NCBI GenBank assembly: GCA_964632435.1
Contig: CAZWEJ010000002.1
Span: 1-58,852, forward strand
Reading direction: 5' to 3'
DNA length: 58,852 bases
DNA from: an uncultured Candidatus Saccharimonadales bacterium
Lineage (GTDB): Bacteria; Patescibacteriota; Saccharimonadia; UBA4664; SCTI01
In this document: positions 1 through 7,616 of the stretch, piece after piece
Layout of the letters: the number at the start of each line of letters is the position of its first letter
Numbering within the stretch: position 1 is the first letter of the stretch
The notes under the pieces: generated by a model
Told to the model about the DNA's origin: nothing
Seen by the model: only the letters and a program-made list of their open reading frames with translations
Databases searched by the model: none
Translations under genes and position numbers: made by a program

Positions 1-79
1 TTTCTTTCGGCAGATGTTCTTTGAGTAGTTTTATAAGTGATGTCTTGCCCGCACTGGCTGGACCAGTAATAAAAATCAT
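1..79 (-). CDS. P-loop NTPase/kinase, N-terminal fragment (gene runs off the window)
   Basis: Reverse complement of 1-79 reads MIFITGPASAGKTSLIKLLKEHLPKE, with a GxxxxGKT Walker A motif. ATG at 79. Confidence 0.5.
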   Translation of the reverse strand, partial: MIFITGPASAGKTSLIKLLKEHLPKE

Positions 80-142
80 GGCCGCCCCAAAGCAATAGGT
101 TTATTCATCATTCTCAAATGATACCAAATAGATAATATAAGT

Positions 143-164
143 ATAAGCTTAAGTGCAATGGCTC
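143..164. repeat. 22-nt repeat copy 1 (ataagcTtaagtgcaatggctc)
   Basis: 21/22 identical to 1760-1781. Both copies lie 50-65 nt upstream of a minus-strand start codon and contain TTGCAC on the minus strand. Confidence 0.6.
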
Positions 165-216
165 TCCATCCGGGACGATTTTCAAACTGTTTAAGCTAGG
201 GTGTTAGAATAATCCT

Positions 217-771
217 ATGATGGAATTTCACGACAAACTCTTAGACCCAAAAACGCCGCTAATGTTTAATGATGGCACGGAAGTTTATAAGGAGCTAGCA
301 AAGAAATATCGAACGCACGATAACGGCTTTTTTATCCTTGCTCCATCGGGTGCCGGTAAAACACACTTTATTAAATCCCAAAAGGAGCTGCATTGGATTG
401 ATGGCGACGATTTGTGGATGGCGACTAATGCTCACCCCGATGGAGCATGGTGGCTTGAAGGAATTGATCGTATTAATGAGATTGACCAGCGATCCGACGT
501 TGTTACTATTGAGGCCAAAAAACTAGGTTTCTGGATACTTGGCGCTTCAAACGCATTCCTTCCGCCTGACGCTATCGTTATCCCTGATTGGGAAACTCAC
601 AAACATTGGATATCTTACCGCGAAAACAACAATTACGATGGTGGGGCTACTAGCGATAAGTTAGATCAAGTCGAAAGCCATCGCGAATGGATCCTACAAT
701 GGGAGAAAAAGGGTGTACCTAAGTTTGAGACGGTAGAGAAAGCTGTTAACTACCTGACTTCTCAGAAATAG
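217..771 (+). CDS. Hypothetical P-loop protein
   Basis: 184-aa ORF with Walker A-like APSGAGKTHF. No further family recognised. Confidence 0.55.
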   Translation: MMEFHDKLLDPKTPLMFNDGTEVYKELAKKYRTHDNGFFILAPSGAGKTHFIKSQKELHWIDGDDLWMATNAHPDGAWWLEGIDRINEIDQRSDVVTIEAKKLGFWILGASNAFLPPDAIVIPDWETHKHWISYRENNNYDGGATSDKLDQVESHREWILQWEKKGVPKFETVEKAVNYLTSQK

Positions 772-1711
772 ATTTTTTCTTTATAGGCACATCATACTCT
801 ACGCCATCAATTGTTGTTTTTGCCTTACCTGAACTATCAATATCTATTGCGATCCCCGCTCCGTAGTCGACCATTAGCTGCTGTTCCTTGCCGACCTCGA
901 ATATATCTCGCTTAACAAAAGGACTAATCGTGTCGTAGTGAGTTGCTGCCCAGATAACTAATCGGCGATCAGGATTTGCACGGTGGTAGGCTTCTGCATA
1001 CCTGGCGAGCGCTCTTATTGTAAATGAGGTTCTATCAGCAATATCGTCTGGGCCCTCAGCGCCCATAGCCTCGCGTACGTCTTTGTGATGATCCTCTTCG
1101 AAAGCAACCCAAAAGTCTAAATTTATGTCGCCATACTCCTTGAGCATAAAATCTAAGAAGTCTGGTGATTCATTGAGCATATTTGGCTCACGCAGCTTTG
1201 GCATAGGTCTCGGGCCACCTTCGCCTCGCGTACGCCCAGTTGTGTTAATGATATTTGTCGAAGGGATTCCATGACGCTCGAATACCTCAAGAGCCGCTTC
1301 CTGAGCTAGTTCGGCTGTTTCACGGCTTCGACGCCCACCCTGGAAATACTGAGTATCACTCGCTACAACTAGTACATCAACTTGGCCTCGCTCAGCTTCT
1401 TGAATACTTTTAAGCAATTCTTCAAAGTAAGCGACTGCGTTGGTTTTTTCGGATTCTGCCGCCTCGGGCGTTAAACTTCCAACATTTTCACTATTGCGGT
1501 CGCGCTCATATTTGCCGTGACGCTGCAATATAATTTCCGTCTCTCCCGGATTAATTGCATGGGGCTTTAGATCAGTTTTTTCTATTCTAGTTGGAAAAGT
1601 TTCATGCTTCTCAAGTTCTACATCAAATGCCTTATACTGATCTGCAGACTTAAAGCCAGTGTCTTCGTTACGACCACCACCTACTTCAGGTTTTATTGGA
1701 TCTTTTGACAT
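746..1711 (-). CDS. Histidine phosphatase superfamily (phosphoglycerate-mutase-like) protein
   Basis: RHG motif in IILQRHGKYERD and a distal His in AATHYDTISPF. 321-aa ORF. Confidence 0.6.
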   Translation of the reverse strand: MSKDPIKPEVGGGRNEDTGFKSADQYKAFDVELEKHETFPTRIEKTDLKPHAINPGETEIILQRHGKYERDRNSENVGSLTPEAAESEKTNAVAYFEELLKSIQEAERGQVDVLVVASDTQYFQGGRRSRETAELAQEAALEVFERHGIPSTNIINTTGRTRGEGGPRPMPKLREPNMLNESPDFLDFMLKEYGDINLDFWVAFEEDHHKDVREAMGAEGPDDIADRTSFTIRALARYAEAYHRANPDRRLVIWAATHYDTISPFVKRDIFEVGKEQQLMVDYGAGIAIDIDSSGKAKTTIDGVEYDVPIKKKSISEKSGS

Positions 1712-1746
1712 AATTTTGTTTTTCCTAGTTGGATGATTTGTTGAGT

Positions 1747-1775
1747 ATTATATCATCAAATAAGCATAAGTGCAA
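1747..1775 (-). promoter_or_regulatory. Sigma70-like promoter for the histidine phosphatase gene
   Basis: Minus strand reads TTGCAC, a 17-nt spacer, then TATAAT. The -10 lies about 35 nt upstream of the ATG at 1711. Confidence 0.45.
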
Positions 1776-1781
1776 TGGCTC
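1760..1781. repeat. 22-nt repeat copy 2 (ataagcAtaagtgcaatggctc)
   Basis: 21/22 identical to 143-164 and overlaps the -35 of the promoter above. Confidence 0.6.
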
Positions 1782-1882
1782 GGTGTGGTGGATGGAGTTA
1801 GAACTTCACCTCGGAGTAGCCGTTATCATTATGAATGTCCCATCAGGACTGAGTTCTGCGATTTCATGGGTTTAGATAAAGT

Positions 1883-2161
1883 TTAACCAACAGCAACTAT
1901 TACACTAGTCACATTTATTATTGAGCATATCCATAATGTTACAGATTGGAAACGATTGAATGTGAAAAAGATAATGATAAAACTCATGATTATCGAGATT
2001 AAGGGTATGTAATCAATTGGGGTTGGCGTCATTCCAAATAGCCCGTCACCATTCAATGCCCCAGATAGGCTCAAGGAAACAAAGGCATATCCCAGTGAGA
2101 ATAAGAACGCGGCAATTGAGAGAATTAGGCTAACTGATTTGAGTATTTTGGTGACATTCAT
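1883..2161 (-). CDS. Small integral membrane protein (hypothetical)
   Basis: 92-aa ORF that is almost entirely hydrophobic (about 3 predicted helices). AT-rich. Confidence 0.4.
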   Translation of the reverse strand: MNVTKILKSVSLILSIAAFLFSLGYAFVSLSLSGALNGDGLFGMTPTPIDYIPLISIIMSFIIIFFTFNRFQSVTLWICSIINVTSVIVAVG

Positions 2162-2210
2162 AACTTACAATATAGCACCCCTACACTGAACTCAGTTAGG
2201 ACTTCACTCG

Positions 2211-2333
2211 CTAAAGCTTATTTATGACGTTTCCCACAACTGATTCTGGTGTCATGCCTGTTGTCTCAACTATCTCAGCATCGTCGATAGACTGAATCTC
2301 AATTGCCAGCTCAAGCCTACCAAAAAAATGTAC
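2211..2333 (-). pseudogene. Possible 3'-terminal gene remnant (C-terminus of a small kinase-like protein)
   Basis: Minus-strand frame reads ...GRLELAIEIQSIDDAEIVETTGMTPESVVGNVINKL*. It is open for only about 40 codons and is cut off by a stop right at the duplicated tRNA-Asn 3' end. Confidence 0.25.
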
Positions 2334-2336
2334 CTA

Positions 2337-2358
2337 ATAATTCCTTGGCTCCCCGTGG
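2337..2358 (-). repeat. Duplicated copy of the tRNA-Asn 3' end plus downstream flank (att-like)
   Basis: ataattccttggctcc (16/16) matches 2871-2886, which is the 3' acceptor end, CCA and 9 flanking nt of tRNA-Asn. It continues as the degenerate c/a-cg-(t)-gg. Confidence 0.55.
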
Positions 2359-2399
2359 TGAACGAAGTTAGAACTTATATAATAAAATTATAGTGGTTT

Positions 2400-2828
2400 T
2401 TAGCTGTAATCTTTGTATGGTTCAACCAGCCAGCCCCTTGAATGCATATTCTTTTTAGGACGCTTATAAACCGGCTTACCGTCTTCATTGATAAGAACCC
2501 GGTCTTTTCCCTCGCTTATACGAGACTTAACTCTTAAGCCAACCGATTCCCCTGGTGCAAGTAAAACTTCGTGTGGGCGAATTTCTTCTTTCGGTGGGAC
2601 AGGCTGACCCTCCAACCTTACATCAGCAAAGTACTCCGTATCTACACTGGCGTTATTCCAGTCTTGTCTGGCCCATAAGTGCTTTTCCGGCACCCAGCCC
2701 CTTTGCTGCTCTGGCGACTCAACCTTTTCTTGAGCGGTGGCATCAATTCCTAGCCCCTCCTCATAGAATTTTCGGAATTCTTGGTTAGAAACTTCTTCAC
2801 TTGATGGACCAGGTATTTCAGCAGACAT
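2400..2828 (-). CDS. Hypothetical protein (orphan, between the tRNA-Asn end and its duplicate)
   Basis: 142-aa ORF, charged and hydrophilic, with no recognisable motif. Confidence 0.45.
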   Translation of the reverse strand: MSAEIPGPSSEEVSNQEFRKFYEEGLGIDATAQEKVESPEQQRGWVPEKHLWARQDWNNASVDTEYFADVRLEGQPVPPKEEIRPHEVLLAPGESVGLRVKSRISEGKDRVLINEDGKPVYKRPKKNMHSRGWLVEPYKDYS

Positions 2829-2879
2829 AAGTCACTCTATTTATGACATGATTATAGCACTTAAGGCGATATAATTCCT

Positions 2880-2954
2880 TGGCTCCACGGACAGGACTCG
2901 AACCTGTAACCTACTGGTTAACAGCCAGTTGCTCTACCATTGAGCTACCGTGGA
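2880..2954 (-). tRNA. tRNA-Asn (anticodon GTT), CCA encoded
   Basis: Hand-folded cloverleaf: acceptor TCCACGG/CCGTGGA, D arm GCTC-AATGGTA-GAGC, anticodon loop CTGTTAA, T arm ACAGG-TTCGAGT-CCTGT, discriminator G plus CCA. Confidence 0.9.
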
Positions 2955-3018
2955 ATATCAAAACCGCTATAGCGGTACTTCGAGATTATACTTCTATTCA
3001 ACAGATATGGTCAATGAC

Positions 3019-3408
3019 CTAAGCGGTTGCTAGCTTCTTCTTTACAAAGGAGACTATCTCGTCAATTGAAGTATCGGACTTAACAAAGTAATCTCTTACG
3101 CCATGAGAAACACATTCGAGTACGCTCTCGCTTGTATCAACGTTGGTCGCAACAAAGACTGGAATATCCTTAGTACGATCTTCCTCGCGAATCCGTTTTA
3201 AGACATCATATCCACTACCGTTGGGCAGCATTAGATCTAGAATTACCGCCGAAGGGGTATTATTATTAACCGCCTCAATTCCCTTTTCACCATCCTCAGC
3301 AATTATCACATCGTAACCCTCTCGCGAAAAGCTATCACCAAGTACCTTACTTAAAGGCTGCTCGTCCTCAACAATCAAGATCAGTTCACTTGCCATTTTG
3401 GTCCTCAA
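3019..3408 (-). CDS. Single-domain response regulator (receiver only)
   Basis: CheY-like motifs: LIVEDEQ acidic pocket, phospho-acceptor D in VILDLMLPNGSG, K in YFVKS. No output domain. The start may be the internal Met at 3396. Confidence 0.85.
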   Translation of the reverse strand: MRTKMASELILIVEDEQPLSKVLGDSFSREGYDVIIAEDGEKGIEAVNNNTPSAVILDLMLPNGSGYDVLKRIREEDRTKDIPVFVATNVDTSESVLECVSHGVRDYFVKSDTSIDEIVSFVKKKLATA

Positions 3409-3805
3409 AAAATGTTCTTACGTCATCAACAATTTGATTTAAGCTGTAGTTGGATTTGGTGTAGTACTTATCGACGCCAAGAGCGAGATAAGACTGATAC
3501 TTTTCTGGGTATGAAGTGTTCGAGATTAAGAAGATTGGGATATGCGCCTGTGAGTGAGTATTCTGCTTAAGGTACATAACAAGATCTAAGCCATTTTCTT
3601 GTCCCTCGAGGTAGTGATCGAGCCAAATCAGATCAATATTGTCGACTTCATTAATATAATCAACTGCCTGCTTTACCGATCTCGAAGTGACTACATCAAA
3701 TCCTTTTGTTCGCAGCTTATCCCTAATGACGTTCAATAATGGCTGTTCATCCTCAACGATGAGGACGGTAGGGAGTCTGTGTTCTTTTGCTACTATTTCT
3801 TCCAT
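3386..3805 (-). CDS. Single-domain response regulator (receiver only)
   Basis: VLIVEDEQ, D in LIWLDHYL, K in YYTKS. No output domain. Its start overlaps the kinase stop (TAATG). Confidence 0.85.
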   Translation of the reverse strand: MEEIVAKEHRLPTVLIVEDEQPLLNVIRDKLRTKGFDVVTSRSVKQAVDYINEVDNIDLIWLDHYLEGQENGLDLVMYLKQNTHSQAHIPIFLISNTSYPEKYQSYLALGVDKYYTKSNYSLNQIVDDVRTFFEDQNGK

Positions 3806-4881
3806 TATTTCTCTTTCTTAAGATTTTTTGGCAACTCAAAGTTAAATGTAGTGCCTTTCATGACCTCGGATTCATAATCTATTGAACCGCCCGCATTCTC
3901 TAAGAATGCCTTTACAATATACAGACCTAAACCGGTCCCATCCGCACTGTGGCGTTTGACATTTTCTGCCCGGAAAAATTTATTGAATAATTTTGGCCTG
4001 TCTTCTTTAGGTATACCATAGCCAGTATCAGAAATTGAGAATCGGATCTTCCCGTCATCTTCCTTTAGGGTGATGTTTATGTGGCCATCCGGGGGTGTGT
4101 ATTTGACCGCGTTCGAGACCAAGTTAGACATAACATTTAGTAGCAGCTGCTCGTCATTTTTAGCTTTCAGCTTATCAGGTACATCTATATCCAGTTTTAT
4201 GTTCTTCTCTAGAATAAAGGCTTTTTGATCCGTTATTGCCTGATCCAGTATCTCCACGACGTTAAGCTCGGTTGGTTGAAGAGCCAATTTACCAAGATCA
4301 ATCCTAGAGAGATTAAGCAGGTCATTAACCAATGCAACCATTCTTTGAGAAGCCTTGTATATTTCGCGAGTGTACTGCTCTTGCTCTACGGTCTGTTTGC
4401 CAATATCCCCACTGAGCAACACTTCTGAATACCAGTTGAGGGTGGAAAGCGGGGTTCTGAGTTGGTGAGACGCAAGCGTAACGAACTCAAGTCTCGTGGC
4501 ATCGAGCTCGCGCATTTTAGTCACATCACGTTCGATGCCGACAAAGTGTATAATTTCGCCTGTTTCATTAAACACCGGAGAAATATGCAATTCTGCTACA
4601 TATTCTTCCCCACTTTTGCGACGATTCCTAATTTCTCCAATGAAGGGCTGCTTTAAGTCTTTTATAACGTGCCAAAGGTTTTTGTAAAACTCCTTTGGCA
4701 TTATTCCACCCCAAAGACTTGGGTTGTTGCCTATCATTTCTTCAATTGTATAACCTGTAGCCAATTCTGCCGACTTATTGGCATATTCAATCTTACCGTC
4801 TGCATCTGTAACAATGATGTGGTCAAACGAATGCGCTGCCGCTATCTTAAATTGTTCTCGTTGTTCCTTGGTCCTATGCAC
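3805..4881 (-). CDS. Cytoplasmic PAS-domain sensor histidine kinase
   Basis: N-terminal PAS-like segment, H-box SHQLRTPLSTL, N-box LVSNAVKYT, G1 DTGYGI, G2 GTGLGL. No transmembrane segment. Confidence 0.9.
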   Translation of the reverse strand: MHRTKEQREQFKIAAAHSFDHIIVTDADGKIEYANKSAELATGYTIEEMIGNNPSLWGGIMPKEFYKNLWHVIKDLKQPFIGEIRNRRKSGEEYVAELHISPVFNETGEIIHFVGIERDVTKMRELDATRLEFVTLASHQLRTPLSTLNWYSEVLLSGDIGKQTVEQEQYTREIYKASQRMVALVNDLLNLSRIDLGKLALQPTELNVVEILDQAITDQKAFILEKNIKLDIDVPDKLKAKNDEQLLLNVMSNLVSNAVKYTPPDGHINITLKEDDGKIRFSISDTGYGIPKEDRPKLFNKFFRAENVKRHSADGTGLGLYIVKAFLENAGGSIDYESEVMKGTTFNFELPKNLKKEK

Positions 4882-4883
4882 CG

Positions 4884-5261
4884 TTAAACCACCTGTCTAA
4901 TCAGTGCCATGAGCTCCCTAAGTGAGATATTTGATTTCACGATGTATTCAGTAATACCTAAATTTCTACCGGTGGCTCGATCATTGTCTCCCTCGAGATT
5001 GCTGATAATTATGACCGGTATGTCGCGGTAACGAAGATCGGAACGAATTCTTTCCAGAAAATCGAACCCATTCATTTTTGGCATGATGACGTCAAGCAGA
5101 ATTAGATTCGGGATATCATGATCTAAGGCCTCCATAGCTTGCTCACCATCTTCAGCAACAAAGGTTTTAAAACCACTTTGATTCAATTTTCGCTTAAGCA
5201 CCTCGCGGACCGAAGTCTCATCTTCGACAAGTAAAATGCTATTGCTAGGAGCTTTGACCAT
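4884..5261 (-). CDS. Single-domain response regulator (receiver only)
   Basis: LLVEDE, D in LILLDVIMPKMNG, K in YIVKS. 125 aa with no output domain. Confidence 0.9.
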   Translation of the reverse strand: MVKAPSNSILLVEDETSVREVLKRKLNQSGFKTFVAEDGEQAMEALDHDIPNLILLDVIMPKMNGFDFLERIRSDLRYRDIPVIIISNLEGDNDRATGRNLGITEYIVKSNISLRELMALIRQVV

Positions 5262-5332
5262 GCGAGGGTCCCCTTTGATTTGAGTCCATTATACACTTAC
5301 GATAAGATTAACATAAGCTTTTTTGCTTTTTT

Positions 5333-6784
5333 ATGAAATTGTTTAACTCTATCGATTCATTCCACCGTCTCGGGATTCTGGCCGTGGTAAGTAACTTGAT
5401 TTACTTGATTTGGCTGGCGTCCCATGTTGAAGGCCCACTGGGGGTTCCCTTTTATGTCTTTGAAGCAATGATATGCCTTGTTGCCCCTTTATTCGTATTT
5501 AACCATTGGAAAAGGCGATTCGATTTTCTTGGCGGCCCCTATTCAATGCGCTCTTCTGTTGATATCTACATTCCGACAGTAAATGAACCGGTGCATATGT
5601 TGCTCAAAACTATTGAGGCGGCGAAAAACATAATCTATGCCCGCAAGAATATCTACGTACTAGACGATGGTAATCGCCCCTCGGTTAAAAAATTGTGCGC
5701 CGAGCTTGGTGTTGAATACATTGCCCGTCAAAATAATAAAGACAAGCGCTACAAGGCAGCGAACCTTAACTACGCCATGAGGCAAACTCATGGAGACTAC
5801 ATTTTAGTAATTGATGCCGATAATATCGTTTCACCAAATATTGTCGATGATCTCCTTGGCCACTTTCAAGATAAGCAAGTGGGGATTGTGGCAACTAGAC
5901 AACGCTTTACTGTAGATAAAGAAGATTTCAATCACGATCACCTTTTTTACATACATATGCAAAGTGGAAAGAATGCCGACCATGCTGCTATCAGTTGTGG
6001 CTCGGGCGTGATTTATAGAAGATCGGCAATCAAGAAGATAGGAGGTTTTAGTGAGTGGAATATTGTTGAAGACCTCCATACAACATATCTTGCCAACGCT
6101 AATAAAATTAAGTCCGTCTACGTTTCGCAATCTTACGTCAGTGGCCATGCGCCAAGGGATATCGGGGCAATATATAAGCAGAGAGGGACATGGGCGGCCG
6201 ACACCTTGAGAATGTTTTTCTGGCAGCAGCCACTCTTTAACATGAAATTGAGCTTTAGACAGCGACTACATTACTTTGAGATGGGCTACACATACCTTGT
6301 AAGTGGGCTGGCTTTAACTGGGGTGTATCTTGTTAACTTTATTGCCCTCTTCGAAAACCAACCGGTCGTTACAGATGGACTGGGGTACTTGATTTTCAGA
6401 GTGCCCGCAATAATATTTACTCTCATGTTCTTTAACGCATTAAGCGAAGGGCAACTTACATCAAGAATATGGGCTGGTCTTTTCCCGGTATACTTTATGG
6501 CCATAATCATTGCACTGACTCACCCTCGCAAAAAACCTGGGTATAAAGTTACCCCGAAAAAAGACGTCGGTAATAGAAACCCTTCCAGAGTTTTGGTTCA
6601 GTTGAGTTTTATAAGTCTTGGCATATTCTCTGCAATCTACCACTACATCTTCTTTGGTCTTAGCCCAATGCTAATCGTTAGTGCAGTTTGGATTACACTT
6701 ATGGCTTACTGGCTTCTACCAATAATCGAAAAGGCCCTCAAGATTGGGACCTTTAAGAACGAACTCAAAACCAAGCAGGCTTAA
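5333..6784 (+). CDS. Processive family-2 glycosyltransferase, cellulose/chitin-synthase-like, membrane-embedded
   Basis: Motifs DDGNRP, DADN, VEDLHT (TED-like) and KQRGTW (variant of QxxRW), plus N- and C-terminal transmembrane helices. No PilZ domain. Confidence 0.75.
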   Translation: MKLFNSIDSFHRLGILAVVSNLIYLIWLASHVEGPLGVPFYVFEAMICLVAPLFVFNHWKRRFDFLGGPYSMRSSVDIYIPTVNEPVHMLLKTIEAAKNIIYARKNIYVLDDGNRPSVKKLCAELGVEYIARQNNKDKRYKAANLNYAMRQTHGDYILVIDADNIVSPNIVDDLLGHFQDKQVGIVATRQRFTVDKEDFNHDHLFYIHMQSGKNADHAAISCGSGVIYRRSAIKKIGGFSEWNIVEDLHTTYLANANKIKSVYVSQSYVSGHAPRDIGAIYKQRGTWAADTLRMFFWQQPLFNMKLSFRQRLHYFEMGYTYLVSGLALTGVYLVNFIALFENQPVVTDGLGYLIFRVPAIIFTLMFFNALSEGQLTSRIWAGLFPVYFMAIIIALTHPRKKPGYKVTPKKDVGNRNPSRVLVQLSFISLGIFSAIYHYIFFGLSPMLIVSAVWITLMAYWLLPIIEKALKIGTFKNELKTKQA

Positions 6785-6921
6785 ATCACATTTACTTGTC
6801 TGAAGAAACTCGCACTGGTATCGGCTCAAAAGTATAAGAGAACAGGTATTTTCTGTACAAACTCCTCAATTTTCTTTTACTCACCTCTTCCCCCTTTCTT
6901 ATTTTGTTTCCGGACTTTTTA

Positions 6922-7542
6922 TTAATATTTTCGTATGACACCTATACAAACCCCCTGTATTTTAATTGGCGTACTTTTTGGAACCATAATTGGATCGTAC
7001 GCATCGTTTGATGGTTGCAAGCGGATATGATCTCTTTCTTTGTAGTAGCGCTTGAGAGTTGCCTCTTCGCCATTCACTAAAGCAACAACCATCTCCCCAT
7101 TTGAAGGAATCTCTTTTTCCTGAATAACCACGTAGTCACCTTCAAAGATGCCCTCGTCTTTCATGGAGTCACCCTTAACCTGAAGAACGTATGAATGACG
7201 GGTTCCGACCATAAATGGAGGAACTTCCAGGGTTTCGGTGTGACCGCTCATTGTTTGAATTGGCTGACCCGCGGCGATCAAACCTAGAATTGGCAGACCA
7301 ACGTAACGGTCTTCTTCGAAATCCTCTGGCTTAACTAGCTGCAAAGATCTAGCAGAATTATCGCTCTTGCTCAGCAAACCCTTGGCGACAAGTGTTTCAA
7401 CATGGTCGGCAACAGTTGCGACCGAGCCCAAGTTGAAAGCCTCGGCAATCTCACGATAACTCGGCGCATAACCATGCACCTCAATGTACTGACTTATGTA
7501 GTCGAGTACCTCTTTTTGTCTTTTAGTTAATGGATCTGCCAT
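6922..7542 (-). CDS. lexA: LexA repressor
   Basis: N-terminal wHTH (LTKRQKEVLDYI...GYAPSYREIAEAF), an Ala-Gly cleavage-site region (LIAAGQP), and a GDSM...K S24 peptidase dyad. Confidence 0.9.
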   Translation of the reverse strand: MADPLTKRQKEVLDYISQYIEVHGYAPSYREIAEAFNLGSVATVADHVETLVAKGLLSKSDNSARSLQLVKPEDFEEDRYVGLPILGLIAAGQPIQTMSGHTETLEVPPFMVGTRHSYVLQVKGDSMKDEGIFEGDYVVIQEKEIPSNGEMVVALVNGEEATLKRYYKERDHIRLQPSNDAYDPIMVPKSTPIKIQGVCIGVIRKY

Positions 7543-7586
7543 ACTTCCTCCTTTTATGAGAGTGCTCTGTTTGGTTTTAGTATGGC

Positions 7587-7601
7587 GAACAAAAAACGAA
7601 C
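7587..7601 (-). promoter_or_regulatory. Candidate LexA operator, direct repeat GTTC-N7-GTTC, inside the lexA promoter
   Basis: Minus strand reads TTGACA-GTTCgttttttGTTC-gcCATACT. The repeat fills the -35/-10 spacer about 45-60 nt upstream of the lexA ATG. Confidence 0.45.
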
Positions 7602-7616
7602 TGTCAATAGTTTTGC

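Noticed and set aside
143-1810. The repeats ending in ggctc as decayed tRNA 3' halves
   Set aside because: Attempts to fold the minus-strand sequences into T-arm plus acceptor failed, because the candidate T-stem halves are not complementary. Copy 2 is better explained as a promoter.
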